From a virus, in IMG/VR virus record IMGVR_UViG_3300025669_000021, positions 37,416-101,415 of that record: DNA of 64,000 bases; one strand, 5' to 3'. Position numbers and translations under genes: made by a program. The notes beneath the pieces are model-generated. The model saw only the letters and a list, made by a program, of their open reading frames with translations. It ran no database searches and was not told the origin of the DNA. This document shows, piece after piece, positions 30,146 through 39,552 of the stretch (positions are counted from its first letter, which is position 1; every line of letters begins with the position of its first letter).

Positions 30146-30670
30146 ATGAATATGGGCAAGCATCCTACATTGGAAGATCTCAACCTGACGGAGGCCCAGA
30201 AGAAGGCCAATCCCCACCTTTTCCCTGAATATCAGGAGAAACCTGCAGTCCCACTCGCCCATACCTGCTCTAAGATAGAAGTGGCGCTAGAGAAGGAACT
30301 GCAAGCCCAAGTCGAAGCATGGCTCTACCATCGCGGATACGGGCGCCGGTCCAAGACTGGTATCGTTGCCGACAAGAAGCCCAGGCGCGGCTGGCAGATA
30401 CATCTGTTCATGGCAAAGAAGAATCCCCTCCTGCTTGATATCCTGCTCCTTGGGAATGACGGCCGTTTCACCGAGTTTGAGTTGAAGCGCCCCGGGGGAA
30501 CGTACAGCAGCGAGGGTCAGAGGATCCTATGCGAGGAGCACGGATTCCCCAAGTTTGAGACGTTTGAAGAGGTCATTGAACACGTAAACAACTGGGAGAA
30601 TGGAATTTCACTCCAGAACGCCGTGGAGCCAGCCGATACTGAGGATACAGGCACCGCAGTTGAGGAATAA
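30146..30670 (+). CDS. VRR-NUC-like PD-(D/E)xK nuclease
   Basis: EKELQ..VEAWL, LDILL...G....ELKRPGG..S..Q. Confidence 0.6.
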   Translation: MNMGKHPTLEDLNLTEAQKKANPHLFPEYQEKPAVPLAHTCSKIEVALEKELQAQVEAWLYHRGYGRRSKTGIVADKKPRRGWQIHLFMAKKNPLLLDILLLGNDGRFTEFELKRPGGTYSSEGQRILCEEHGFPKFETFEEVIEHVNNWENGISLQNAVEPADTEDTGTAVEE

Positions 30671-30736
30671 TCCAGGCGTGACTGATCGGAGAGACGATCA
30701 ACCATTTTTTGTGCCACAATAAATAGGAGAAAGAGC

Positions 30737-31792
30737 ATGAATACCGAAGAAACCACAGACCTAGCACCCCAGTCAGGACATAGCGACATGGGGAAGATGA
30801 TCACTTCCCGTCAGACCCAAGAGGTACAGGGGGCAATGGTTATTGCTAAGAAGTTCCCCCGAGACGAGATTGCGGCCATTGTGAAGATCAAGCAAGCGTG
30901 TAAGAGGCCCAGACTGGCTGCTTCTGCTTGCTATCAGTACCCTCGGGGCAATACGCAGGTTGTTGGACCTTCTATCCGTCTAGCAGAAGCTATGGCCCAG
31001 TGTTGGGGCAACCTGGACTACGGAATAATAGAGCTTGAGCAGCGTGACGGTGAATCATCCGTAATGGCTTATTGTTGGGATCTTGAGTCAAACACTCGAC
31101 AGACCAAGATATTCCAGGTTCCTCATATCCGATACTCAAAGAAGGGCGGTAACACTCTTCTGACGGACCCCCGCGACATATACGAGATGGTAGCAAACCA
31201 GGGAGCTCGGCGCCTTAGAGCCTGTATCCTCGGTGTAATCCCCGGTGATGTACAGGAAGATGCTGTCGAGGCGTGTGAGGCTACTCTGGCCGGTAACAGT
31301 GATGAACCTTTGGCCGATCGCGCGTTGAAGATGGTTGAGGCCTTCGCCCCGTTTGGCGTTACCCAGACGGACATAGAGGCACGTCTTCAACTCAAACTCA
31401 AGGACATATCGGAACGTCAGATACTTGATCTTGGCAAGATCTACAACGCAGTAAAGGACGGCATAGGCAAAAAGGAAGACTTCTTTGAAGCCGCCCCTGC
31501 CGCCCCCGCAGCCGCGACTGGTGATGAAGGTGGAAGCTCCAAGAAGCCCACCGCCACCCAGAAGAAGAAAGCCGCCGCCGCTGCTAAGAAGCAAGAAGAG
31601 GCCGAAAAACAGGCTGCAGAGAAGGATACCGACACCCTTGTAAAGGAAGCACTGGCCCTGCAAGAGCTATGCTCTGAGGAAATATGGCTCAAGGTATGGG
31701 AAGAAGTCAAACTTGACCCCGCCGAGGCAGTAGAGATGCTATCGGCTGCGAAGCTGCAAGAGATCATCCAGCTTGTGAACGCCAGTATGTAA
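30737..31792 (+). CDS. Putative single-strand annealing / recombination protein
   Basis: AKKFPRDE, YPRG...GPSIRLAE..AQCWGN, WDLESN, RRLRACIL..IP; upstream of an exonuclease. Confidence 0.6.
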   Translation: MNTEETTDLAPQSGHSDMGKMITSRQTQEVQGAMVIAKKFPRDEIAAIVKIKQACKRPRLAASACYQYPRGNTQVVGPSIRLAEAMAQCWGNLDYGIIELEQRDGESSVMAYCWDLESNTRQTKIFQVPHIRYSKKGGNTLLTDPRDIYEMVANQGARRLRACILGVIPGDVQEDAVEACEATLAGNSDEPLADRALKMVEAFAPFGVTQTDIEARLQLKLKDISERQILDLGKIYNAVKDGIGKKEDFFEAAPAAPAAATGDEGGSSKKPTATQKKKAAAAAKKQEEAEKQAAEKDTDTLVKEALALQELCSEEIWLKVWEEVKLDPAEAVEMLSAAKLQEIIQLVNASM

Positions 31793-31890
31793 CAACATTA
31801 GGAGCCTCTAAGCATGGGGGGCTCGGTATTGAGTTTCGAGGCCCAATATCGTCAACCCCATGCGCTCCTTTTAAGAGGAAAAGCAGTACA

Positions 31891-32487
31891 GTGCTGAAAT
31901 TTGACGAGAAAGACCATATCTACACCTGGAACGGTACGAGAGTCCCTTCCCCTACAGGGGTTCTTTCCGATCAGGGAGTTATCGATTACAGCCAGATCCC
32001 AGAGCCTATCAGGACCGAAGCTCTTGCCCGGGGGAACAGAGTGCACAAAGCTATTATGATCCATTGCACCAGTATCTATGGTGTAAACATGGATGAGCTA
32101 TTCCCTTCTGATGTCCCGTTTGTCAAAGCCTATCTCAAGTTTGAAGACGATACCGGATACCGACCATTTAAGAGATACGTCGAAAGGCCTGGATACAACA
32201 AAGAACACGGGTACGCCGGTACTCCTGACAGTGGCGGCTCCTTCCCTGGCAAGCGCCGAGCGGTGATCGACTTCAAGTCTGGCTCCAGTGAGAAGTGGGT
32301 CAGGATGCAGACCGCCGCCTACCAGAACCTAGACTATATGCGGAAGATGTTCGAAGGTGCCGAGCGGTATGCTCTCACCCTCAAGGCCGATGGTCGCTAC
32401 GATCTCTCCTCCCCCTTCATGTCACCGCAAGATTTCATCGATTTCGTTCTAAACCTAGAAGCGTGTAAGTCAAAATCAAGGTATTAA
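31891..32487 (+). CDS. PD-(D/E)xK exonuclease (Cas4/YqaJ-like)
   Basis: H.Y...G..VPS.T, RG..VH, GYAGTPD, IDFKSG, QTAAY. Confidence 0.8.
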   Translation: MLKFDEKDHIYTWNGTRVPSPTGVLSDQGVIDYSQIPEPIRTEALARGNRVHKAIMIHCTSIYGVNMDELFPSDVPFVKAYLKFEDDTGYRPFKRYVERPGYNKEHGYAGTPDSGGSFPGKRRAVIDFKSGSSEKWVRMQTAAYQNLDYMRKMFEGAERYALTLKADGRYDLSSPFMSPQDFIDFVLNLEACKSKSRY

Positions 32488-32511
32488 CCGTTGAATACTA
32501 ACAATTTACGC

Positions 32512-32558
32512 CTTAGTAATACTAAGAGCCTGTACCGACAACCCTTAGTAATACTAAG
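32512..32558. promoter_or_regulatory. Pair of identical palindromic operators CTTAGTA-A-TACTAAG
   Basis: Exact copies at 32512-32526 and 32544-32558, just upstream of a small DNA-binding gene. Confidence 0.75.
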
Positions 32559-32567
32559 AAAGGCATA

Positions 32568-32768
32568 ATGGCTGAAAAACCCCAAAATGGCCCTATCCAG
32601 TTCCGTCCTTACGCTCCAATAGAGAGTCAACTTGAGGATATGCGGAAGACCTGGAAAGAGGAATATGGTGTAGAGATGAACATGAACTGGTTTTTGAACG
32701 CTGCAGTAGCGGCACAGTGCGGGATTCCTTTGGAGTCGATCGCCAAATACAAACGAGAAAAGGGATGA
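32568..32768 (+). CDS. Small ribbon-helix-helix-like regulator
   Basis: 66 aa; beta strand IQFR followed by two helices; downstream of the operator pair. Confidence 0.5.
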   Translation: MAEKPQNGPIQFRPYAPIESQLEDMRKTWKEEYGVEMNMNWFLNAAVAAQCGIPLESIAKYKREKG

Positions 32769-33454
32769 ATATGGAAACTCAAGAGAATACAACCCCAATC
32801 GAAGACGGTCCAGTAGCAGACAAGGAAGCTCTGGAGCTCAAGCACAACGCCAGCAACATACAAATCAAGGGTGATGCTGACAAGGACGCTGCAGAAGCTC
32901 TCCGAAAAACAAACCGTGAGTCCAGAAAGATAGCGATTGCCCCTCTCCGCACAGAAGCCCAAGAGCGGGACCGCCTAAAAAAGGCCGTGCTGGACAAGAT
33001 CAAAGAGAAAGACGCATTCCACGACGAGATTGAAACCCTCCTCGTAGACAAGATCCAGGCATTTGTCGACAAGGTGAACAAGAAGGCCGAGGAAGCCGCA
33101 AGGAAAGCCGCTAAAAAGGCCCAGGAAGAGGCCGAAGCAGAACAGCTAAAGATAGCAGAGCATCAAGAGGCTATGGGCAACGAGAAGGCAGCAGAAGCCG
33201 CTCTAAAGACGCCTCCCGCCCCTACGGCGCCCGTCTACATCCCCCCGGCGAAGCAGCAGAAGGTTAAGGGCTCTCGCGTGACCTACGGTTACGAGATCTT
33301 TGACAAAGAGGCTTTCATCAAAGGATGCCTGAAATGGGAAGGATCTCTCAATATCGGTATGCTGATAGAGGATTCCAAGGTAGTAGGCCAGCTTGCCCGT
33401 GCACTGAAAGAGAACTTCAAGGGCCCTGGCGTCCAAGTAACGAAGCAGGGATAG
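32765..33454 (+). CDS. Coiled-coil phage protein (recombination-module accessory)
   Basis: E/K/A-rich helix, C-term GPGVQV; ATGA coupling. Confidence 0.55.
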   Translation: MNMETQENTTPIEDGPVADKEALELKHNASNIQIKGDADKDAAEALRKTNRESRKIAIAPLRTEAQERDRLKKAVLDKIKEKDAFHDEIETLLVDKIQAFVDKVNKKAEEAARKAAKKAQEEAEAEQLKIAEHQEAMGNEKAAEAALKTPPAPTAPVYIPPAKQQKVKGSRVTYGYEIFDKEAFIKGCLKWEGSLNIGMLIEDSKVVGQLARALKENFKGPGVQVTKQG

Positions 33455-33600
33455 ATGACCCGATTCAACCACAACAAGATAGACGGCCCTATTGTCAGTC
33501 TGGCAGGGATTAAACACTCTGGCACTAGGGCGTTTGCGAATAAGGTGACAAAGGGCCGCAAGAAGGCCAAGGCCGCTCGTAAGGCCAGGAAGAGGCGTAA

Positions 33601-34290
33601 ATGACAAAATCACGCAAAATCAGCTACACGAATGAGATGGTCCTTGCCCGGGAGGCTGGTCGGAAGCGCATGACTCGTCGGATAATGAACCCGCAGCCCT
33701 TCCAGAATCATTGTGCGGAAGAGTTCACGCTGGTTGATTGTGACGAGGGTTCATGGTTGGAAATGCGTAATGACGGGGGAATTACTGGAGAATGGCATGA
33801 TTGCCCCCAAGGCGCCGTAGGAGATCATCTCTGGCTGCAGGAGGGGTATCGGGTCGATACAGACATAGGCGCCTACACTGGCAATGATGTATATCCTAAT
33901 CTCTCCAGAATTGTAGAAGGTGTGTACTTGGCTGATGATGCCCACTTCACGGTTGAGCTAACAGAGCATGAATACGAGCTATGGATGAAGCGTAAGTTTT
34001 GTAATAGGGCAACCCCTGGCCGATTCATGTACCGGAGCCTGTCCAGGTCGACGGACAAGATCACCAATATCAGGGTCGAGCGGGTGCAGGACATCTCCGA
34101 GGATGATGCTAAGGACGAGGGTGTTCCTGTACGGTGTGACTGTGGCGAGTGCGTGGATGGCAACCATCGGGCCATGTTTGAGGATCTATGGAACAAGATC
34201 AACGGCAAAAAGGCCGACTGGGAGTCTAACCCTTGGGTATGGGTGATCGAATTTGAGCCAGTTCTACGTGGAACAACTGATGGAAAATGA
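33601..34290 (+). CDS. ASCH/PUA-like domain protein
   Basis: GRK.MTRR, GD.LW.QE, IRVERVQDISE.DA..EG, W.SNPWVWVIEF. Confidence 0.8.
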   Translation: MTKSRKISYTNEMVLAREAGRKRMTRRIMNPQPFQNHCAEEFTLVDCDEGSWLEMRNDGGITGEWHDCPQGAVGDHLWLQEGYRVDTDIGAYTGNDVYPNLSRIVEGVYLADDAHFTVELTEHEYELWMKRKFCNRATPGRFMYRSLSRSTDKITNIRVERVQDISEDDAKDEGVPVRCDCGECVDGNHRAMFEDLWNKINGKKADWESNPWVWVIEFEPVLRGTTDGK

Positions 34291-34897
34291 ACAAACAGAC
34301 TGGATGGATATGGCCTCTCAGGACGAACTGAAAGGCATGGTCAGGAATAACGACTACCAGACGTCGATAGATGCCGCTAAAGGGGTCAAGAAGAAGATAT
34401 CGAAGCTGCATGGGGCCATTATGGCTGCTTTCAAGAGGGAAGGCCCTATGACCGATGGAGAACTTGAGGATCTTGAGGAATTCAAGCACTACGGTCAAAC
34501 CACCGTAAGTAAGCGTAGGACTGAACTGAAACAGCGTGGACTGTTGGTAGAGGATGGCAAACGGGCAACCAGAGGCCGTAATGATATGACCATCTGGAAA
34601 CTTACCGGACTCAAGTACGATGGGGAAAAGGATCCATTCGATGATTTCATCCATACTGACGAGGGAGGACAGTTGGCAAGGCAGTTCATTGCCCGGGCGG
34701 TGGTCAGGGATCGTGAGGGTGATTTCAGAGTGGATCCCCGCTCGATCGTCAAGGAATGTGGGCGCGAATTCACAGATATGGGATGGTATCGCCGTATTGC
34801 GGAGTTCGCAGAGAGCAAAAAGCCATACTTAAAGAACTTTTTTGAGGTTCCCGACTACTCGAGAGCCGCCAGTAAAACAGCAGAGGAGAATCAGTAA
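34280..34897 (+). CDS. Winged-helix DNA-binding protein
   Basis: R.ND..TS..AA, GPMTD.EL, SKRRTELK..GLL...G.R. Confidence 0.6.
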   Translation: MENEQTDWMDMASQDELKGMVRNNDYQTSIDAAKGVKKKISKLHGAIMAAFKREGPMTDGELEDLEEFKHYGQTTVSKRRTELKQRGLLVEDGKRATRGRNDMTIWKLTGLKYDGEKDPFDDFIHTDEGGQLARQFIARAVVRDREGDFRVDPRSIVKECGREFTDMGWYRRIAEFAESKKPYLKNFFEVPDYSRAASKTAEENQ

Positions 34898-35304
34898 TGC
34901 CACCACCAGACAGAAAACTAGAGACACCGCCGCCAGGAGTGGCAGCAAAAGCGGAGGAAACCCAGAGGGTTACTCCCGGCGAGGAGCCTACATTCAACGT
35001 GATGGAGGTCATCAAGCAACTGAGAAAGGGTAAGTCAGTCTCAGAACTGCAGCAAGGCCTACAGGATCTCGTCCTGGCCGTCAGGGACACGAAGAGGAAG
35101 GGAAGGATCCTCCTGGAGATCGGTGTCGAATGTCGCACCGTAGGACAGTCTCACTCCCTGGAGATCTCGGACGATATCAAACTCTATCTTCCGAAGCCTC
35201 TACGAGAGAAGACAACCATGTTCTCAACAAGGAAAGGATCACTTCATCGGGAAGACCCCAGGCAGGGATCTCTCCCAGGTATGTCAGACGAAGATGATGA
35301 CTGA
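34897..35304 (+). CDS. Conserved phage protein typically upstream of DUF2303
   Basis: LV.AV.DT..KG.I.L, F.T..G.L.REDPRQ motifs. Confidence 0.65.
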   Translation: MPPPDRKLETPPPGVAAKAEETQRVTPGEEPTFNVMEVIKQLRKGKSVSELQQGLQDLVLAVRDTKRKGRILLEIGVECRTVGQSHSLEISDDIKLYLPKPLREKTTMFSTRKGSLHREDPRQGSLPGMSDEDDD

Positions 35305-35360
35305 TGATCACTGGTGATCACTGGTGATGAACTATAAAGCAATAAAAGGGGTACAGACCG

Positions 35361-36206
35361 ATGTTTAGAGAGCTATTAGATGCAGTTATTGGCCTTGGGG
35401 CTGACAACAAGGTTGGTGAAGTCGGACAAGTTGTCGACGGGAAGCCGTTCATCCTGAAAAAGGAGGGATACACCGTCGATATGATGGACAGTCACCTTCC
35501 ATTCCCTGACCGGAAGAGGGTTGGGGTAAATATGGTGTCCGTTGAGAGCTTCATTGGCTACGTCAATGAGCAAAAGACCGAAAACACTCGTATATTCGCC
35601 ACGGTGGACAAAGAGCCGTTCTCTTACAAGGCGTGTATCGACTATCACGGTACGGGAGAGACGGACACTGATCCTTCCTGGTGCACACATGAGGTACTTC
35701 TAAGCCTTACGCCTACCCCAGAATGGACGGTATGGCGGGGATCGGACAAGAAGTCCTTCAATCAAGAGGATTTCGCGGAGTTCCTGGAAGAGAATCAGGT
35801 TGATATAACTGATCCTTCTGGCGCCGACATCCTTGAGGTAGCCTCAAGCCTGGAAGCCACGAAGGGGATCAACTTCAAAAGCACAAAACGCCTAGAAGAT
35901 GGTCAAACCAGCCTCTTGTATGATGAGGAAATGGCAGCAAAGGCAGGGATAAACGGAGAAATGGACGTTCCTACCAAGTTCAAACTATCAATTCCCATCT
36001 TCCTGGGAACCGAGAAGGCTGCTCTGGCTGCTAGGTTCCGATACAGACTGGGCCCTGCTGGTGCACTGACCTTCATGTATCGATTGATCCGTCCTGCGCT
36101 CATGCTTGAGGATATCGTTGAGAAGATATCCAAGAAGATAGGCAACGACACGGAGCTTCCCGTGTATCATGGTAGCTACGGCAAGAGCAGTAACCCGAGG
36201 TTCTAA
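35361..36206 (+). CDS. DUF2303 / YfdQ family protein
   Basis: SFI.YV, IDYH, W..H, QEDFAEFLEEN..DI, P..F.L.IPIF, ARFRYR. Confidence 0.8.
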   Translation: MFRELLDAVIGLGADNKVGEVGQVVDGKPFILKKEGYTVDMMDSHLPFPDRKRVGVNMVSVESFIGYVNEQKTENTRIFATVDKEPFSYKACIDYHGTGETDTDPSWCTHEVLLSLTPTPEWTVWRGSDKKSFNQEDFAEFLEENQVDITDPSGADILEVASSLEATKGINFKSTKRLEDGQTSLLYDEEMAAKAGINGEMDVPTKFKLSIPIFLGTEKAALAARFRYRLGPAGALTFMYRLIRPALMLEDIVEKISKKIGNDTELPVYHGSYGKSSNPRF

Positions 36207-36215
36207 TGAAGTATT

Positions 36216-36290
36216 CCGGTAGCGTGTCGATGTGTAGCGATAAGGGCTTGTTCCATATTCCGAGCCCCGCGGGGACCACCACGCTACCGG
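36216..36290 (+). ncRNA. Candidate structured RNA (multi-stem) in the intergenic region
   Basis: CCGGTAGCGTG/CACGCTACCGG closing stem with an inner GGGCTTG/CGAGCCC stem. Confidence 0.35.
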
Positions 36291-36311
36291 TCCACTTTCA
36301 CCTAAGAGATG

Positions 36312-36453
36312 TTGACGGTCATCGAGTATTGAGTTATGGTGAAAGCACGATGAACGATGACCGGTACCATAAAAACTAACCATAGCCCCCTGATTGTAGG
36401 AACATTCCTCTACTGGTCTGTTCATCGCAACCTACTTGACGGGGGTGACGGTT
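36312..36453 (+). promoter_or_regulatory. Promoter plus structured leader of the replication operon
   Basis: TTGACG-N17-TATGGT; leader hairpin 36378-36453 whose loop pairs with the 5' end. Confidence 0.55.
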
Positions 36454-36469
36454 TACATGGAGTTACGCC

Positions 36470-36760
36470 ATGACCTACGCAGAAAAACTCAAGGACCCTC
36501 GTTGGATTGTGCGCCGTAATCAGATTAGGGATATCCACAACAACGTGTGCTGTGAATGTAGCCGTCCAGATATTGACAGGCAGCACGTCCACCATAAGAA
36601 ATACCTCCCAGGTCGAGAGCCTTGGGACTATCCCGATTGTCTCTTAGAACTACTCTGTGATCGATGCCACACCGTGAAAACGATAGCCCAGAGGAGGGAA
36701 CGCGAAAAGCGAGAAGGTTCAACTACCCACCACCTATTAACGAAAGAATGCCCCGTATGA
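36470..36760 (+). CDS. HNH endonuclease
   Basis: Y...LKDPRW, CCEC, HVHHKKY, LCDRCH. Confidence 0.8.
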   Translation: MTYAEKLKDPRWIVRRNQIRDIHNNVCCECSRPDIDRQHVHHKKYLPGREPWDYPDCLLELLCDRCHTVKTIAQRREREKREGSTTHHLLTKECPV

Positions 36761-37461
36761 CCCTAAAAGCTAAACCTTGGCTCCCGTTCTACTGGAGAGA
36801 TTGGCAATCAGACGCCATGCTGAATAGCTGCAGTTGGAAAGAGAAAGGAATGCTCGTAGACCTCATGTGCATGATGTGGCCTTACGGTGGCAGATTGACG
36901 GAGTTTGCCGCGCCAAGCGTCACCGAACTTGCATCTAACTTGTCGAAGTCTATGGGAAAGCGAAGAGATACCATTGAGAAGTCTCTTAGAATCCTCTTAG
37001 ATAAAAAGAGGTTATTTGTAGATTGTGAAGGCGTCTTGTGCTGTAGCAAGCTCATGGAAGTGTGTGAGACTCAGAGGGTTATGAGTGAGCGTGGCAAGAA
37101 GGGGGGTAACCCGCAGCTTAAGCAGGAGGTTAAACAGGAGCTTAAGCCTAAAGCAAAGCAAAGCAAAACAGAACAAAGCAAAGCAAAGAAAGAAGAACCA
37201 GTGGGGTTTGATCTCTTCTGGCAAAAGTATCCCAGGAAGACTGCAAAGAAGAAAGCTCTCGCAGCATTCATCAAGGGAGTATGCCATACCAAGATGGATA
37301 CCATCCTTCCCGCCCTCGACCTTCAATGTGAATCAGAACAGTGGACCAAGGATAATGGTGACTATATCCCTCACCCAGCCACATGGATCAACCAAGAGCG
37401 GTGGACTGATGAATTGAAACCAAAGGATGGGACTAAACAGGACTTCGATCAACCGTTATGA
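36757..37461 (+). CDS. Phage replication initiator protein
   Basis: PWLPFYWRDW N-term; G.KGG; FDLFW.KYPRK..KK.A and YIPHPATWINQERW.DE C-term. Confidence 0.8.
   Translation: MTLKAKPWLPFYWRDWQSDAMLNSCSWKEKGMLVDLMCMMWPYGGRLTEFAAPSVTELASNLSKSMGKRRDTIEKSLRILLDKKRLFVDCEGVLCCSKLMEVCETQRVMSERGKKGGNPQLKQEVKQELKPKAKQSKTEQSKAKKEEPVGFDLFWQKYPRKTAKKKALAAFIKGVCHTKMDTILPALDLQCESEQWTKDNGDYIPHPATWINQERWTDELKPKDGTKQDFDQPL
37116..37195. repeat. Iteron-like 12-bp repeats plus an AAAGC array inside the initiator gene (putative origin)
   Basis: GCTTAAGCAGGA GGTTAAACAGGA GCTTAAGC followed by (AAAGC)n A-rich tract. Confidence 0.55.
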
Positions 37462-37910
37462 CAGGAACAGCAAAATGGATTGATTACTGGAACGTGACCT
37501 TTGGAACGCCCATCAAGCAGGGCGAGATAGAGGCAGTGGAGGACATGCTTAGACGCATCAACCCTATACCGATCCGCCGTGAAGTGGTTGAGTCTATAAT
37601 ATCCCTAGATGAGTCTGGTCGACGTAAAGAGTATGGCAGTAAGGCGGGGCAACTACGAGAAGAGATAGTCAGGAATAGAAGGGGTAAGGCCGGTTCGGAT
37701 CCAAAGAGCTTGGCCTGGGATGTAGAGATAGACCGCATTAAGAACATGCTGCAGGAGGAGGAGGATCCCAAGAAGCGGTGGGATATAATCTGTGACGAGC
37801 CGAAACTTCCAGCAATGAGTGATGTTCTTGAGCTTTATTGTCGTACAGAAATTCCTGGCGGGTATGAAAAAGGATACGTTGGGACCTGGGATGAGGAGGG
37901 GTTGTCCTAA
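37458..37910 (+). CDS. Hypothetical protein downstream of the initiator (helicase-loader position)
   Basis: ATGA-coupled to the initiator. Confidence 0.55.
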   Translation: MTGTAKWIDYWNVTFGTPIKQGEIEAVEDMLRRINPIPIRREVVESIISLDESGRRKEYGSKAGQLREEIVRNRRGKAGSDPKSLAWDVEIDRIKNMLQEEEDPKKRWDIICDEPKLPAMSDVLELYCRTEIPGGYEKGYVGTWDEEGLS

Positions 37911-38164
37911 TGGCAGATTGCAACGCAGTATGGCAGATGGTCGCCGCCTGTAACGATCCGGAGGAGCGTTACAACATCATGTGCGACAACCTGGACATAC
38001 CGTACTACGCTGAGAACTGTGCCAAGATCGAGGCCAGGGCCAATAATATCCTTCCGGGAGGAATGAAGAAGCCCAAGATTCGTGAGTATATCAACATCGA
38101 GGACATGGACCCCCTTGAGGGGGCATGGCGTAGACAGAGAGATGAGCGAAGGGGGTTAATATGA
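37910..38164 (+). CDS. Hypothetical protein, paralogous to the C-term of 37458..37910
   Basis: Shared DP..R..I.CD...PGG..K pattern. Confidence 0.5.
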   Translation: MADCNAVWQMVAACNDPEERYNIMCDNLDIPYYAENCAKIEARANNILPGGMKKPKIREYINIEDMDPLEGAWRRQRDERRGLI

Positions 38165-38424
38165 GTAAGCAGCTATACAGATCAGGTGAGTTCGTCGTTG
38201 GGGTACTTGACGATAAGAATTACTATACATCCAAGATTATCACTAGACAGGATGGTAAGGATTCTGGTCAGGATGCGGAAAGTGATCGCCACTTCTTCCA
38301 TGATATTGCTAATGCGGTAAAGTGGATGGCTGACAGGATTGCTAAGAGGGATAGCACCGACCTAAAGACTTGGCTGGAGTCGTACAGGGCAGAGGTAGTG
38401 AAGGTAGAGGAAGCGTTGAGATAA
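38161..38424 (+). CDS. Hypothetical phage protein
   Basis: Coupled ORF, 87 aa. Confidence 0.55.
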   Translation: MSKQLYRSGEFVVGVLDDKNYYTSKIITRQDGKDSGQDAESDRHFFHDIANAVKWMADRIAKRDSTDLKTWLESYRAEVVKVEEALR

Positions 38425-38444
38425 AAGAAGGGGGATAATCTCAG

Positions 38445-38684
38445 ATGTTTAGCTTGAGACAGAAGAGAACGATTGCGGGTGAAGTACAGCGACTATTGAG
38501 GGAAACGGGACATCCAGAGCTACCGGAAGGAGAGATCCGCTTTAGTCTACACGTCTACGGTGCCCATGATCTATCCTGGGCAAGCATCAGGAACAATGGC
38601 GCCGTCCCTGCCCCCTCTATCAATCAACACAATGAACAAATGGACCCAGGACAAGGACCGGCAGGGATTGCGTGGACTGCATGA
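38445..38684 (+). CDS. Hypothetical phage protein
   Basis: 79 aa with a GGGGG RBS. Confidence 0.55.
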   Translation: MFSLRQKRTIAGEVQRLLRETGHPELPEGEIRFSLHVYGAHDLSWASIRNNGAVPAPSINQHNEQMDPGQGPAGIAWTA

Positions 38685-38890
38685 AGCCCGAATGCGACAA
38701 AGGATCGGTTCCGACAGATAAGGGGGTGAATAAGTGAGCAAGTGTCGAAGGGGAATATGCCATAAATGCAAGACTCCAAGAATCAAGTTAGGGTCAGATT
38801 TTGCCTTGTGGTGCCCCAACTGTGGGAGCGTCAGATACACAGTTGGCCCCGACCTTCCTTGGACGACTAGGACACCTGTGAAAAAGGAGA

Positions 38891-39115
38891 ATGATGCGGA
38901 CTAGATTAGAGCTTGAAACGTTCATACGGAAGCACATTCCTAGTGGATGGGTTGGCCCGATCATGGACTTTGATTTTGCCCCACATATCTCGGACGAGGA
39001 TTTCCATACCGTGATGGAGGGGAAGTTTCCTGAGGGTGATAAGTACGACAAGTGGTACGTGAAGGAGGCCATTCAGGAATGGCAGAAGCAACAGGTTCCG
39101 ACAAAGGAGGGGTGA
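38891..39115 (+). CDS. Hypothetical phage protein
   Basis: RBS AAGGAG. Confidence 0.5.
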   Translation: MMRTRLELETFIRKHIPSGWVGPIMDFDFAPHISDEDFHTVMEGKFPEGDKYDKWYVKEAIQEWQKQQVPTKEG

Positions 39116-39261
39116 ATGATGCCGACTAAAACATGCAACAAACCGTGCCATCCAGAGCATCCTTGCGAAGAGTGTGTCAGCTATTGGGACAGGATGCGAA
39201 GCGAGGGTTTCTGGGTAGACGGTAAGGGATGGACCGAGACGGCAAATAGGGAGTGGTCGAA

Positions 39262-39552
39262 ATGAAACGTAATGACCGACAGAAACTAGCTGACGGCCAG
39301 GGGGTAGTGAATAGGCGTCACAATATGCGAGCAAAGCTGAATGCTTTACACCCTCCCCAACCACGGCCAGCTACATGGACGCACATGCTGTTAGTCTCGG
39401 ATGGTCCCAGCAGGCTGGCGATATGTGGTAAAACTTGTCGGTCTGTCTCTGCCAGCTTCACGGACAATATAGACAGAGTGACTTGCCCACGATGCTTGGA
39501 AGAGGTGAATCAACCCAATCCGACAGTAAGGAGTGAATCCGATGGAGGATGA
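39262..39552 (+). CDS. Small Cys/His protein
   Basis: H...CG...VTCPRC zinc-binding pattern. Confidence 0.45.
   Translation: MKRNDRQKLADGQGVVNRRHNMRAKLNALHPPQPRPATWTHMLLVSDGPSRLAICGKTCRSVSASFTDNIDRVTCPRCLEEVNQPNPTVRSESDGG

Larger units (their letters stand above)
1..39500 (+). mobile_element. Phage segment A: podovirus-type temperate phage (structural, integration and replication modules); right boundary approximate
   Basis: Colinear portal-scaffold-capsid-adaptors-nozzle-ejection proteins-giant protein, then integrase, recombination and replication genes; no bacterial housekeeping genes. Confidence 0.85.

Noticed and set aside
31891-32487. Cas4 as part of a CRISPR system
   Set aside because: Stand-alone phage PD-(D/E)xK exonuclease beside an annealing protein; no cas1/cas2 or array
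35305-35328. TGATCACTGG x2 tandem with overlapping ATCAC-TG-GTGAT palindromes
   Set aside because: Short, single occurrence, likely a slippage duplication; no other support for an operator
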